56,268 bases of DNA from Spirochaetales bacterium (lineage in GTDB: Bacteria; Spirochaetota; Spirochaetia; Sphaerochaetales; Sphaerochaetaceae). Numbering within the stretch: the first letter of the stretch is position 1; each line of letters starts with the position of its first letter. Position numbers and translations under genes: made by a program. The notes beneath the pieces were generated by a model. It had not been told where the DNA came from and ran no database searches. It worked only from the letters and a program-made list of their open reading frames with translations. Where the stretch lies: NCBI GenBank assembly GCA_022785155.1, contig JALFRH010000053.1:1-56268 (forward strand), written 5' to 3'. Of this stretch, positions 26,612 through 36,157 are shown piece by piece.

Positions 26612-27697
26612 ATGAAATATGGACGTACCTATAATTTTTCTGCAGGCCCTGCAATGATGCCGGAACCTGTATTGGAAGAAATCAGAGATGAAATGATGAA
26701 TTATCGCGGCAGCGGTATGTGTGTTATGGAGATGAGCCATAGATCCAAGGTATATCAGCAGATTATCGATGATGCTGAAAAAGATCTTAGAGACCTGATG
26801 GGCATTCCAGACAACTATAAAGTCCTTTTCATCCAGGGTGGTGCTACTCTCCAGTTCTCCATGATTCCAATGAATCTTATGAAGAATGGAAAGGCTGTCT
26901 ACATTGAAACCGGTGCATGGTCAAAGAAAGCCATTGCAGAAGCAAAGAAGTGCGGTGAAGTCATTGTCGCTGCATCAAGCAAGGACAAGAACTATACTTA
27001 TGTCCCTGATTGTTCAGATCTGGATATTCCTGAAGATACAGACTATGTCTACATCTGTGAAAACGAAACTATCCATGGCGTTACATACAATAAGCTTCCT
27101 AATACAAAGGGACATATCCTGGTTTCAGACCAGTCTTCCATGTTCCTCAGTAAGCCATGCAATGTCAGCGATTATGGTTTGATCTATGCCGGTGTCCAGA
27201 AGAACGTAGGACCTGCCGGTATGGTAGTCGTGATCATAAGGGAAGACTTGATCAGAGATGATCTGGATAATCTTCCTATTTATCTCCAGTATAAGACACA
27301 TGCAGATAACGGAAGTATGTACAATACTCCTAACTGCTGGGCCATCTATTGCTGCGGAAAAGTATTCAAGTACCTGAAGGATATGGGCGGCCTGGAAGTA
27401 ATGCATCAGAAGAACCTTGACAAAGCCAAGGTCATGTATGACTTCCTGGATTCCTCTTCCATGTTCAAGGGAACTGTAGAAAAAGAGTTCAGATCCTTGA
27501 TGAATGTTCCATTCGTTACAGAAAGCAAGGAGCTTGATGCAGAAGTTGTGGCTGCTACAAAGGCTGCCGGTTATGATAACCTCAAGGGCCATAAGAGTGT
27601 AGGAGGCTTGAGGGCAAGTATCTACAACGCCATGCCAAAGGATGGAGTTGAAGCTCTTGTCGAATTCCTGAAGAAATTCGAAGAAGAACATAAATAA
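26612..27697 (+). CDS. serC: Phosphoserine aminotransferase
   Basis: MKYGRTYNFSAGPAMMPEPVLEEI.., GGATLQF, and an active-site Lys context (VQKNVGPAG). I chose the ATG at 26612, which follows AAAGAGAGG. Confidence 0.92.
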   Translation: MKYGRTYNFSAGPAMMPEPVLEEIRDEMMNYRGSGMCVMEMSHRSKVYQQIIDDAEKDLRDLMGIPDNYKVLFIQGGATLQFSMIPMNLMKNGKAVYIETGAWSKKAIAEAKKCGEVIVAASSKDKNYTYVPDCSDLDIPEDTDYVYICENETIHGVTYNKLPNTKGHILVSDQSSMFLSKPCNVSDYGLIYAGVQKNVGPAGMVVVIIREDLIRDDLDNLPIYLQYKTHADNGSMYNTPNCWAIYCCGKVFKYLKDMGGLEVMHQKNLDKAKVMYDFLDSSSMFKGTVEKEFRSLMNVPFVTESKELDAEVVAATKAAGYDNLKGHKSVGGLRASIYNAMPKDGVEALVEFLKKFEEEHK

Positions 27698-27727
27698 TTA
27701 TCCTATACATGATATCCAATATGCATT

Positions 27728-27750
27728 TCCCCTCTCCGGAGGGGATTTTT
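27728..27750 (+). terminator. Rho-independent terminator after serC
   Basis: TCCCCTC-tccg-GAGGGGA followed by TTTTT. Confidence 0.8.
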
Positions 27751-27819
27751 GTAGTCAAAAGTCTAAAGTAAGTTTAGAGTTTTATATGGATAAAAAAATT
27801 GCTGATACCCTTAGGAAAG

Positions 27820-28453
27820 ATGGCGAAAGCCAATAATGTATCTATTGCACCCCTTCGTCTCTAAGATGAAATTGGTATATATAGACAGAGATACCAACTA
27901 TAGGTATTACGACGTAAATCAGACCAGCAGACTTGGTCTCATCAGGTATCTGAGGGAAATGGGTATGTCCATCAAGGATATAGCCATGTTGTTGGATAAG
28001 GAAGATGTGGATCTCATTGAAAAGAAGCTCGTTGAAAGAAGCATACAGATAAGAAATGAAATCAGGGCTTTGAGGGAGACACAGGCTGCTGTTGAAAGTA
28101 CTATCAAATCCATTGAACGATACAGAAAAACCCCTGTCCCTTGAATATATCGAGCGTAGGTATATTCTTTATATTCCTGCTCCCTTCGACTTTTATCCTT
28201 ATGGCATAGAGAATTACTAAGAATGTATCAAAAGCCTGAGATTAAATCTTCTGGAAAAGAAGATTCCTCAGCTTCTTTTATACAATCTTGGAACCAGCGT
28301 CAAGAAAGAAGATTATTTAGAGGGAATACTAAAGAAAAGAGGACTTCTCTCATGTATGGATTACTACAAGGACAGAAGAAGGCGCACGACACTAATATAA
28401 AGTTGAACCGTGTATTGCCGAAGGACACGATACGTGGTGTGAGAGGGGGCTAA
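27820..28453 (+). pseudogene. MerR-family transcriptional regulator, disrupted by a nonsense codon plus frameshifts
   Basis: ATG at 27820 reads MAKANNVSIAPLRL then TAA (27862-27864), at the position where MerR proteins have ..RTLRYYDEIGL. DEIG continues in frame. The reading then shifts +1 into LVYIDRDTNYRYYD...LREMGMSIKDI (ORF 27836-28144). Downstream effector-domain-like fragments (LEYIERRYILYIPAPFDFY..) sit in other frames. Confidence 0.65.
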
Positions 28454-28494
28454 TTACTACCTACTCGATTATTCTATGATCAATAACTGAATTT

Positions 28495-28522
28495 GAGCAA
28501 AAAAAATGCTCCTTACCGGAGC
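28495..28522 (-). terminator. Rho-independent terminator after tRNA-Gly
   Basis: Minus strand reads GCTCC-ggtaa-GGAGC followed by a T8 run. Confidence 0.75.
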
Positions 28523-28524
28523 TA

Positions 28525-28596
<72 letters not shown>

Positions 28597-28643
28597 ATTA
28601 CGTCAGAGATACTAGATTAATAAAGAAAAACTGTCAACAGCTT

Positions 28644-29267
28644 TCAGAAAAGTTCTTTTTCTCTTTCCTCTTTTTTTTCAGTGAGCCTGAAAGAAAGCCT
28701 ATGAATGGGGCAGGGGCCATACTTTCCCAGTGCCTCATAGTGTTCCTTGGTGGGATAACCATTATGTCGGTTGAAACCATATTGGGGCCATTTTTCATGG
28801 GCCATCACCATAAGTCTGTCCCTGTGGTTCTTTGCCAGTATCGAAGCCGCCATAATTTCAGGAATCTTGCCGTCACCCTTGACTATGGCCTCCACCGGAC
28901 AATCTACATCCGGCGTCTTGTTTCCGTCACAAAGAAGGATTGATACTTCAAACCCCTTGTCCCTTATTTTCTCGTAACACTTCTTCATGGCCAATAAAGA
29001 AGCGTTGAGAATATTGATTTTATCTATGGTCTTGTGGCTTACGGCTGTCACGGACCAAGCTACGGCCTTTTCCTTTATGACCTTTTCTGCTTTTATTCTA
29101 TCCTTTTGGTTCATCTTCTTTGAATCATTCAATATTTCAATGGGAAAATCATTGGGGAGAATAACCGCAGCAGCGACCACAGGTCCAGCCAATGGCCCTC
29201 TTCCAGCCTCATCAGTGCCGCAGACTACTTTCAATTTATCAAATTGTTCAAATAACTCTATTTGCAT
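28644..29267 (-). CDS. rnhB: Ribonuclease HII
   Basis: VCGTDEAGRGPLAGPVVAAAV.. and the DSKK motif. 207 aa. Confidence 0.92.
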   Translation of the reverse strand: MQIELFEQFDKLKVVCGTDEAGRGPLAGPVVAAAVILPNDFPIEILNDSKKMNQKDRIKAEKVIKEKAVAWSVTAVSHKTIDKINILNASLLAMKKCYEKIRDKGFEVSILLCDGNKTPDVDCPVEAIVKGDGKIPEIMAASILAKNHRDRLMVMAHEKWPQYGFNRHNGYPTKEHYEALGKYGPCPIHRLSFRLTEKKEEREKELF

Positions 29268-29326
29268 ATAATGATGATTGTAAAAAAAAGATAAGCCTTG
29301 TTAAATACTTGGGAAAAGGAGAAAAG

Positions 29327-32158
29327 ATGTTCCTCAAATCGCTTGAAATCAATGGATTCAAGAGTTTTGCCGATAAAACCCATATTGATTTTGCGGATGG
29401 CATTACATCCCTCTTAGGCCCCAATGGTTGTGGCAAGTCCAACATTGTGGACTCAATAAAATGGGTTCTTGGAGAGCAGTCAACAAAGACTCTGAGGGCC
29501 TCAAGAATGGATGATGTAATATTTGCCGGGACAGAGACCAGAAAACCAAGGGAAATGGCCGAGGTCACTTTGACCATAGACAACGAGGACCATAAGCTTA
29601 TGACAGATGTACCTGAGATCGTCATAAGACGTCGTATTTATCGCACAGGCGAAAGTGAATACTACATGAATGGCCAAAGGTGCCTTTTGAAGAACATCAG
29701 GGAACTCTTTATGGATACAGGAGTAGGAAAGAGCGCCTACTCTATTCTCGAGCAGGGAAAAATCGACCAGATACTCTCCAACAAGCCTGAAGACAGACGT
29801 TATATCTTTGAAGAAGCTGCAGGCATAAGCAGATATAAGGCAAAGTGTAATGAAGCACAGAATAGAATCGAGAAAAGCCAGGAGAACATCAACTCCCTTT
29901 CAGCAACAGTCAATGAAGTAAAGCGCACCTATGAAAGGACGAGGGTGCAGGCAGCAAAGGCCATGAAGTGGCAGGAACTGAAGGATAAGGCCTTCTATCT
30001 CGATGTGGATATAAAGCTTTCCCGTGTTGATATGTTCTTGAAACTGAAGGAAAAGAGACTTCAGGATAGGGATGCTGCACAGTCTAGAAAAGCCCAGCTT
30101 GAAGAAGAGCTTTCCACCTACGATGATGTCATTACATCATCCAGCGGTGAAGTATCTGAATTCCAACAGAAATCCAAGAACCTTGAAATATCCATAGGTA
30201 AGGCTGAGGCTTTGGTCAGCAGCATTACAGAGACAATTTCTGCCTATGAAGATAACTACAGGCAGTATTTGGAGACCCTTTCATACAGCGAATCAAGGTG
30301 CAATCAGATACAAAATGAAATTGAAAGGACCAAGGCTGATGCCGAGGAAGCCAACTCGAATCTCGAGGATTACATCGACCGTCTGGATGAGAAGGAAAAA
30401 CAGCTGAAATATACTGAAAACGCTCTCTTTGAAACAAGGCAGGAAATAGGAAAACTTAACAATGAGATCAAGAAAGCCGAAGAGAGTAACGCTGATTTGG
30501 ATAATGAACTCAGAGATCTGTCAGACGCTTTGAGAAATGTAATTGAATCCCTTATACAGGAGGTTGATGAAAAGACCGGCACTGAGTACAGTGCAGACAG
30601 AATGGAAAAGGCTGAGAACTCTTTCAGATCCTCCATCCGTTCCATTTTGGACGAATTGGACCAGCACTCCTCCTTTGTTTCCCGTCTTCCCCAAGGCATA
30701 GACTATTCGGCGGAAATCGCTTTAAAGGACTTCAATAGACTAAAGAGTGCTGTAGACAGCCTTGAGAATCTCTTCAATGAGTATAAAGCCTCAATTCCTC
30801 CTGTCATCGATACTATTCTCTCTCCTGAAGGTCTGGTTTCAAAAAAGAGGGACATTGAGGAGAAGGAGAGTGGAGCCAGAAGTGTAATCACTGAAAACAG
30901 GAGAATAATTGAAGGTGCCAGAGTACAGATAGAGAGTAGGGAAAGTGACGTTATATCCCTACAGACAAATATAGCTTCTTTGAAGGAACATATAGGCTCG
31001 TTGAAAGTCACCGTGGAGAATCAGAAGGAAAACATAAAAAGATATAATTCCCAGATTCTCCAAAGGGAAATGGACTTGGATGACGAAAGGGCCAGCGTCG
31101 ATGTAGCCAGACGTCGTGTCCATGAGATGAATGAAAAGATCAAGGACAAGGACCAGGAGAAGAAAGACAAGATCGCCCAAATAGCCGATCTCAACAGGCA
31201 GCTTGAGGAGATAAACTCCCTTTTGGCAGAGAAATATCAGAACCTGGATAAGAAGAGACGTGAAAAAGATGAGCTCCTTCAGGCCATAAACAAGTGTGAA
31301 AACGAATTTACCACAAACAATATGTATGCAGAGACCATAGATAACGAAATAAAGAATATCTTTTCCAACTTCTATGATACTTATGCAAGAAACCTCAAGG
31401 AGTTTGAAGATAGAATCCGAGATGATATGCCTGATGAAAGCGAAATGAAGAAAGAGTTTGATGCTGTGAATCAGGAGATAAAGAATCTTGGAAACATCAA
31501 CCATACCGCCAAGGATGAATTCGACCAGGCCGAGGACCAATACAAATTTTATTCCAAGCAGCTGGAAGACTATGAAAACGCCAAAAAAGATATGGAAAGC
31601 GTCTTGGGTGAGATATTGGATAAATCCAAGACCATGTTCATCAAATCCTACAAGGAGATCAGCGATAACTTCCAGGCAATGTTCAAGAGGCTCTTCGGCG
31701 GAGGAAGGGCTGAGTTGAGCTTGTCAGACCCGGATGATGTACTTAACTCAGGTATAGAAATACTGGCCCAGCCACCAGGAAAGAACATGAGCACCTTGTC
31801 TCTCTTATCAGGTGGAGAAAGAAGTATGACTGCCGTTGCTCTTCTTTTTGCAACCTATCAGGTAAAGCCATCTCCTTTCTGTATCCTGGACGAGATTGAT
31901 GCCGCCCTGGACGATAGGAATATCGGGTATTTCCTTGATGTTCTTCAGGATTTTGCAAGAGACAGCCAATTCATCATCATTACCCATAACATACACACTG
32001 TCACCGGTGGAGATACAATGCTTGGTGTATCCCAGATGGAGCCTGGCGTATCTACGGCTGTAAGCTATAGAATCGCTTCCATCTCAGGACAACCTAGAAT
32101 TATCAACGACGAAGGTGAGAGCGTCGAATTTGATGAGGAGGGAAGGCGAAAAGAGTAA
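29327..32158 (+). CDS. smc: Chromosome segregation protein SMC
   Basis: MFLKSLEINGFKSFADKT..LLGPNGCGKSNIVD (Walker A), long coiled coils, a hinge, and C-terminal LSGGERSMTAVALLFA and ILDEIDAALD. The ATG at 29327 follows AAAGGAGAAAAG. The longer track ORF from 29192 overlaps rnhB. Confidence 0.93.
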   Translation: MFLKSLEINGFKSFADKTHIDFADGITSLLGPNGCGKSNIVDSIKWVLGEQSTKTLRASRMDDVIFAGTETRKPREMAEVTLTIDNEDHKLMTDVPEIVIRRRIYRTGESEYYMNGQRCLLKNIRELFMDTGVGKSAYSILEQGKIDQILSNKPEDRRYIFEEAAGISRYKAKCNEAQNRIEKSQENINSLSATVNEVKRTYERTRVQAAKAMKWQELKDKAFYLDVDIKLSRVDMFLKLKEKRLQDRDAAQSRKAQLEEELSTYDDVITSSSGEVSEFQQKSKNLEISIGKAEALVSSITETISAYEDNYRQYLETLSYSESRCNQIQNEIERTKADAEEANSNLEDYIDRLDEKEKQLKYTENALFETRQEIGKLNNEIKKAEESNADLDNELRDLSDALRNVIESLIQEVDEKTGTEYSADRMEKAENSFRSSIRSILDELDQHSSFVSRLPQGIDYSAEIALKDFNRLKSAVDSLENLFNEYKASIPPVIDTILSPEGLVSKKRDIEEKESGARSVITENRRIIEGARVQIESRESDVISLQTNIASLKEHIGSLKVTVENQKENIKRYNSQILQREMDLDDERASVDVARRRVHEMNEKIKDKDQEKKDKIAQIADLNRQLEEINSLLAEKYQNLDKKRREKDELLQAINKCENEFTTNNMYAETIDNEIKNIFSNFYDTYARNLKEFEDRIRDDMPDESEMKKEFDAVNQEIKNLGNINHTAKDEFDQAEDQYKFYSKQLEDYENAKKDMESVLGEILDKSKTMFIKSYKEISDNFQAMFKRLFGGGRAELSLSDPDDVLNSGIEILAQPPGKNMSTLSLLSGGERSMTAVALLFATYQVKPSPFCILDEIDAALDDRNIGYFLDVLQDFARDSQFIIITHNIHTVTGGDTMLGVSQMEPGVSTAVSYRIASISGQPRIINDEGESVEFDEEGRRKE

Positions 32159-32240
32159 CTTCTCTCTGAACTTGTACGTTGACCAACAATACAGTTTTAC
32201 TGTATAAGTTTTACTTGGAGTTTATTTTTCGGAAGACGAA

Positions 32241-33578
32241 ATGTTTGACAGTATTAGTAGTAAGTTCACAGGTATAATGAGAAATCTCTCCGGTAAGGGA
32301 AAGATTTCGGAAAAGAACATAAGAGATGCAGTAGAAGAAATCAAGGAAGCCCTCCTTGATGCGGATGTTAATCTTAGAGTTGTCAGACGTTTTGTCAATT
32401 CAACCATTGATGAGGCCTTGGGTGAGAAGGTATTGAACTCTGTCAATCCTGGACAGCAGTTTACAAAGATCGTCTATGACAAGATGGTCTCTCTTCTTGG
32501 TTCCAGCGAAGATGAGACAAAACTCAAGCTCAAGGGTAAGGACGCAACCACTGTAATCCTGATGATGGGTCTTCAGGGTTCAGGTAAGACCACAGCGTCC
32601 CATAAACTTGCATATAGACTTAAGAAAGACGGAAGAAAGGTCATGATGGTTGCAGCCGACCTTGTCCGTCCTGCCGCCATTACACAGCTCCAGGTCCTTG
32701 GTGAAAAGGTTGGGGTGCCGGTCTTCGTCATTCCAGGTGAAAAGGATCCTGCAAAAGTCGCTGAAAAAGCCATCGACAAGGCGAAGAGGGAAATGTTCGA
32801 TACAGTAATCATCGATACCTCTGGCCGTATGCACCTTGATCAGGAACTTATGGAGGAGATTCAGAGAGTCGCCAAAGTATCCAGACCTGATGAATGTTTG
32901 TTTGTAGCCGATGCAATGACAGGTCAAAGTGCAGTCGACATCGCCAAAGAGTTTGATGAAAAGGTCGGAATTACAGGTGTAATTCTCACAAAGTTCGATT
33001 CCGATACCCGTGGTGGTGCCGCCCTTTCCCTCAGAAGCGTCGTAGGCAAACCTATCAAGTTCATCGGTGTCGGTGAGAAGATGGAGGACTTGGACCCCTT
33101 CCATCCTGAAAGAATCGCTTCCAGAATCCTCGGAATGGGTGACGTAGTATCACTTGTAGAAAAGGCACAGGAAGCTTTTGATCAGAAGGAAGCTGAAAAA
33201 CTCCAGAAGAAGATGGAGAAGAATACCTTTGATCTCCAGGATTATTTGGATCAGCTTGATAACATGAACAAAATGGGCAGTGTAGACAAGCTCATTGAAA
33301 TGATACCGGGGGCGAAAGGCAATATTTCCGAAGATGATATCAATCTTAAGGAACTTGAAAAGGAAAAGGCCATAATCAGATCCATGACAAAGTTTGAGAG
33401 ATCGAACTATAGGATAATCGGCCCTTCAAGAAGAAAAAGAATCGCTAAAGGCAGCGGGACAAGCGTTGCTGAAGTCAATCGTCTTCTCAAGAAATTTGAA
33501 AAGAGCAAGCTGATGTTGAAGAAGCTTGCTGGAAATAAGAAATTACAGGCTCAAATGATGAAGCAATTTGGCATGTGA
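32241..33578 (+). CDS. ffh: Signal recognition particle protein Ffh
   Basis: GLQGSGKTT, DTSGR and TKFD GTPase motifs, with a Met-rich M domain. Confidence 0.95.
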   Translation: MFDSISSKFTGIMRNLSGKGKISEKNIRDAVEEIKEALLDADVNLRVVRRFVNSTIDEALGEKVLNSVNPGQQFTKIVYDKMVSLLGSSEDETKLKLKGKDATTVILMMGLQGSGKTTASHKLAYRLKKDGRKVMMVAADLVRPAAITQLQVLGEKVGVPVFVIPGEKDPAKVAEKAIDKAKREMFDTVIIDTSGRMHLDQELMEEIQRVAKVSRPDECLFVADAMTGQSAVDIAKEFDEKVGITGVILTKFDSDTRGGAALSLRSVVGKPIKFIGVGEKMEDLDPFHPERIASRILGMGDVVSLVEKAQEAFDQKEAEKLQKKMEKNTFDLQDYLDQLDNMNKMGSVDKLIEMIPGAKGNISEDDINLKELEKEKAIIRSMTKFERSNYRIIGPSRRKRIAKGSGTSVAEVNRLLKKFEKSKLMLKKLAGNKKLQAQMMKQFGM

Positions 33579-33606
33579 GCCTTCATGTAGTATAAGGAGA
33601 ACAACC

Positions 33607-33867
33607 GTGAGCACAACAATGAGACTCAAGAGAATGGGCACAAAGAAGAGACCTTATTACAGGATCGTAGTGCAGGACAACAGAATCGCAGCAACTTCAA
33701 AGACAATCGATGAAGTCGGTTCATATCGCCCGGTAGAGAGCGAAAATCAGGTTACACTTGATGACGCCAAAATAAAGGCATGGATTTCTAAGGGTGTTGT
33801 AGTTACACCTACAGTTAAGAGCCTTCTCAATGGAAAAGGAATTTCACTCGACAGAAAGCAGGGCTGA
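33607..33867 (+). CDS. rpsP: 30S ribosomal protein S16
   Basis: ..MRLKRMGTKKRPYYRIVV.. GTG at 33607 lies 7 nt after AAGGAG. The ATG at 33619 is an alternative start. Confidence 0.88.
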   Translation: MSTTMRLKRMGTKKRPYYRIVVQDNRIAATSKTIDEVGSYRPVESENQVTLDDAKIKAWISKGVVVTPTVKSLLNGKGISLDRKQG

Positions 33868-33889
33868 TTAATCCCTGAAAGGAGTCGAG

Positions 33890-34123
33890 ATGGAAAAGGA
33901 ATTAGTAGAGTTTGTGGTCAAGAGCCTTGTTGACGCTCCAGATGAAGTGAGTGTCAATGTTATTGAAGGCGAAAAGTCTACAATTCTTGAGCTTAAAGTC
34001 GCTCAGGAGGACGTAGGTAAAGTGATCGGCAAGCAGGGACGTATTGCAAAAGCAATAAGGACTATCCTTTCTGCATCTGCAACCCGCGACGGTAAGCGCG
34101 CCACTTTGGAGATTCTTGACTAA
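33890..34123 (+). CDS. KH-domain RNA-binding protein (YlqC/UPF0109)
   Basis: [19 protein letters not shown] is the GxxG KH motif. Conserved position between rpsP and rimM. Confidence 0.85.
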   Translation: MEKELVEFVVKSLVDAPDEVSVNVIEGEKSTILELKVAQEDVGKVIGKQGRIAKAIRTILSASATRDGKRATLEILD

Positions 34124-34635
34124 TGAAAGCATTGCTCCTTGCATCGGCAAAAGTAGGTAAAACCCATGGTGTGGATGGTTTTTTGAGAATATATTCCCTT
34201 TCCGGTGAGTATAGACACCTTAAAAAGCTTGAAACCTGTAAGGTTACTACTAAGGACGGCAGGGAGCTTAGTCTTGTAGTAGACTCCGTCAGAGTCGATG
34301 GCGAACTCTTTCTAATGCGTTTCAAGGATTATTATACTCCTGAAAAATCCAGGACCCTGTCCCAGTCAATTCTCTATATTCCAAGGGAAAATGCTCCGAA
34401 GCTTAAGAAGGGCGAGTATTATATAGCGGATCTATATGGTATGGAAGTCTTGGTTGACGGAAAAAGGGTAGGGGTGGTCGAAGATACTATCGAGGGAGCC
34501 CAGGCTCTATTGCTGTCTGTAAGAAAAGATAGTGATGGAAAACTCTACTTGGTACCTAATCTTCCTGTCTATGTCAGCTCCATCGATGTTGATGGAAATA
34601 CCTTGGTGCTTGATGCTCCATATTTGTTGGAATAG
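34123..34635 (+). CDS. rimM: 16S rRNA processing protein RimM
   Basis: Position in the operon, plus GKTHGVDGFLRI and a PRC-barrel C-terminus. Confidence 0.85.
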   Translation: MKALLLASAKVGKTHGVDGFLRIYSLSGEYRHLKKLETCKVTTKDGRELSLVVDSVRVDGELFLMRFKDYYTPEKSRTLSQSILYIPRENAPKLKKGEYYIADLYGMEVLVDGKRVGVVEDTIEGAQALLLSVRKDSDGKLYLVPNLPVYVSSIDVDGNTLVLDAPYLLE

Positions 34636-34637
34636 AG

Positions 34638-35384
34638 ATGAAGATTACTATTTTTACTCTTTTTCCTGAACTGGTTGAGCCTTTTTTCAAATCCTCCATT
34701 ATGAAAAGAGCAGTTGAAAAAGGGATTATCCAATACAAAATAGTCAATTTCCGTGATTATGCATCAGGAGTGCATAAAAAGGCTGATGATGAACCCTTTG
34801 GAGGAGGGGCGGGTATGGTGATCATGCCTGAGCCTTTATCCAAGGCCCTCTCAGATTACTCTGCAAAGGGAAAGAGAGTAGTGTTTCCTACACCAAGCGG
34901 CAAAGTGTTTACAGAAAAATATGCTTCGGAGTTATCCAAGGAAAGCGAACTCTTTTTTATCTGCGGTCACTATGAAGGTATAGATCAAAGAGTAATCGAT
35001 GAGTTTGTGACTGATGAAATCACAATAGGGGATTATGTGCTTTCATCAGGGGAGACATCTTCTATAGTAATAATAGATGCTGTTTTCAGACTTATTGACG
35101 GTGTAATAACAAGTGAAAGCCTTGAGGATGAGAGTTTTAACTCAGGACTTTTGGAATATCCCCAATATACTAGGCCTGGAACCTATTGCAATAAAGATGT
35201 GCCTAGTGTATTATTATCAGGCAATCATCGCCATATTACCGAATGGCGCGATTGCAAACGGCTGGAAAAAACACTGCTCAACCGGCCAGATCTGCTCTCG
35301 CATGCCTCTCTCAGCATAAAGGAGCGACAGAATTTATTGAAAATTATTAGTAAAGTAGAGGACGATGATTATGGACATCATTAG
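34638..35384 (+). CDS. trmD: tRNA (guanine37-N1)-methyltransferase
   Basis: [23 protein letters not shown] and IGDYVLSGGE-like motifs. Confidence 0.93.
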   Translation: MKITIFTLFPELVEPFFKSSIMKRAVEKGIIQYKIVNFRDYASGVHKKADDEPFGGGAGMVIMPEPLSKALSDYSAKGKRVVFPTPSGKVFTEKYASELSKESELFFICGHYEGIDQRVIDEFVTDEITIGDYVLSSGETSSIVIIDAVFRLIDGVITSESLEDESFNSGLLEYPQYTRPGTYCNKDVPSVLLSGNHRHITEWRDCKRLEKTLLNRPDLLSHASLSIKERQNLLKIISKVEDDDYGHH

Positions 35385-35727
35385 AGCGATTGAAGCTAAG
35401 CAGATCAAAGAGAATGCTGAAAATTTCAGCGTTGGTGATACAGTTAAGGTTTTCTTCAAGATTGTTGAAGGAACAACAGAAAGAATCCAGGCTTTCGAAG
35501 GTATCGTAATTGCCAAGAACAACAGCGGTATCAGAAAGACTTTCACAGTCAGAAAGATCAGCTACGGTGTTGGAGTCGAAAAGATTTTCCCTGTCCACTC
35601 ACCAAGAATTGAGAAGATTGAAGTTCTAAGAAGAGGCCGTGTCAGAAGAGCTAAGCTCTACTATCTCCGCTCAAGAGTAGGAAAGGCTGCAAAGGTCAAG
35701 GAACTCATTGTCAGAAAGAACGGCTGA
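35371..35727 (+). CDS. rplS: 50S ribosomal protein L19
   Basis: [54 protein letters not shown]. The ATG at 35371 has better spacing from GAGGA than the ATG at 35365. Confidence 0.92.
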   Translation: MDIIRAIEAKQIKENAENFSVGDTVKVFFKIVEGTTERIQAFEGIVIAKNNSGIRKTFTVRKISYGVGVEKIFPVHSPRIEKIEVLRRGRVRRAKLYYLRSRVGKAAKVKELIVRKNG

Positions 35728-35748
35728 GTCTAAAACATTTCTTTGTTT

Positions 35749-35779
35749 CCCTTCGCTTTTCAGGTGGAGGGTTTTTTTT
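35749..35779 (+). terminator. Rho-independent terminator after rplS
   Basis: CCCTTC-11 nt-GGAGGG (one G-U pair) followed by a T8 run. Confidence 0.7.
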
Positions 35780-36157
35780 ATGAATTTGAAAAAGATGAAT
35801 GGTTACATGAAATATTTGTGTTTTTTTACTTATTATTGTAACTTTCATCCCTTTTAGTGTTTTCTCTGTTAGACTACACAAAAACTACACCATAAATGAG
35901 GGATAAAAAGCAAAAATAGATTAGAATTTCATTTCACGTTTTTTGCTTTATGTGCCATAATCGTTGGTGAATAGTGTATTCTTCTTTATTGTAGTGGACT
36001 TCTGCAATAAAGTTTTCTTCCTTGAGGGAGAGTTGGAATTGTTGAGACCTATACTTTATTGCATGTCTCTACTTGGCTGGAATTATCTGGCAGAGTCGTT
36101 TTGAATCAAAAAACATTAAGAGTTCTCATGAAAAATGGGAAATAAGGATGGCGACAA

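Noticed and set aside
29192-29326. The long form of smc starting at 29192.
   Set aside because: The first 45 codons overlap rnhB on the opposite strand and lack SMC similarity. The conserved N-terminus MFLKSLEINGFKSF begins at 29327, with an RBS.
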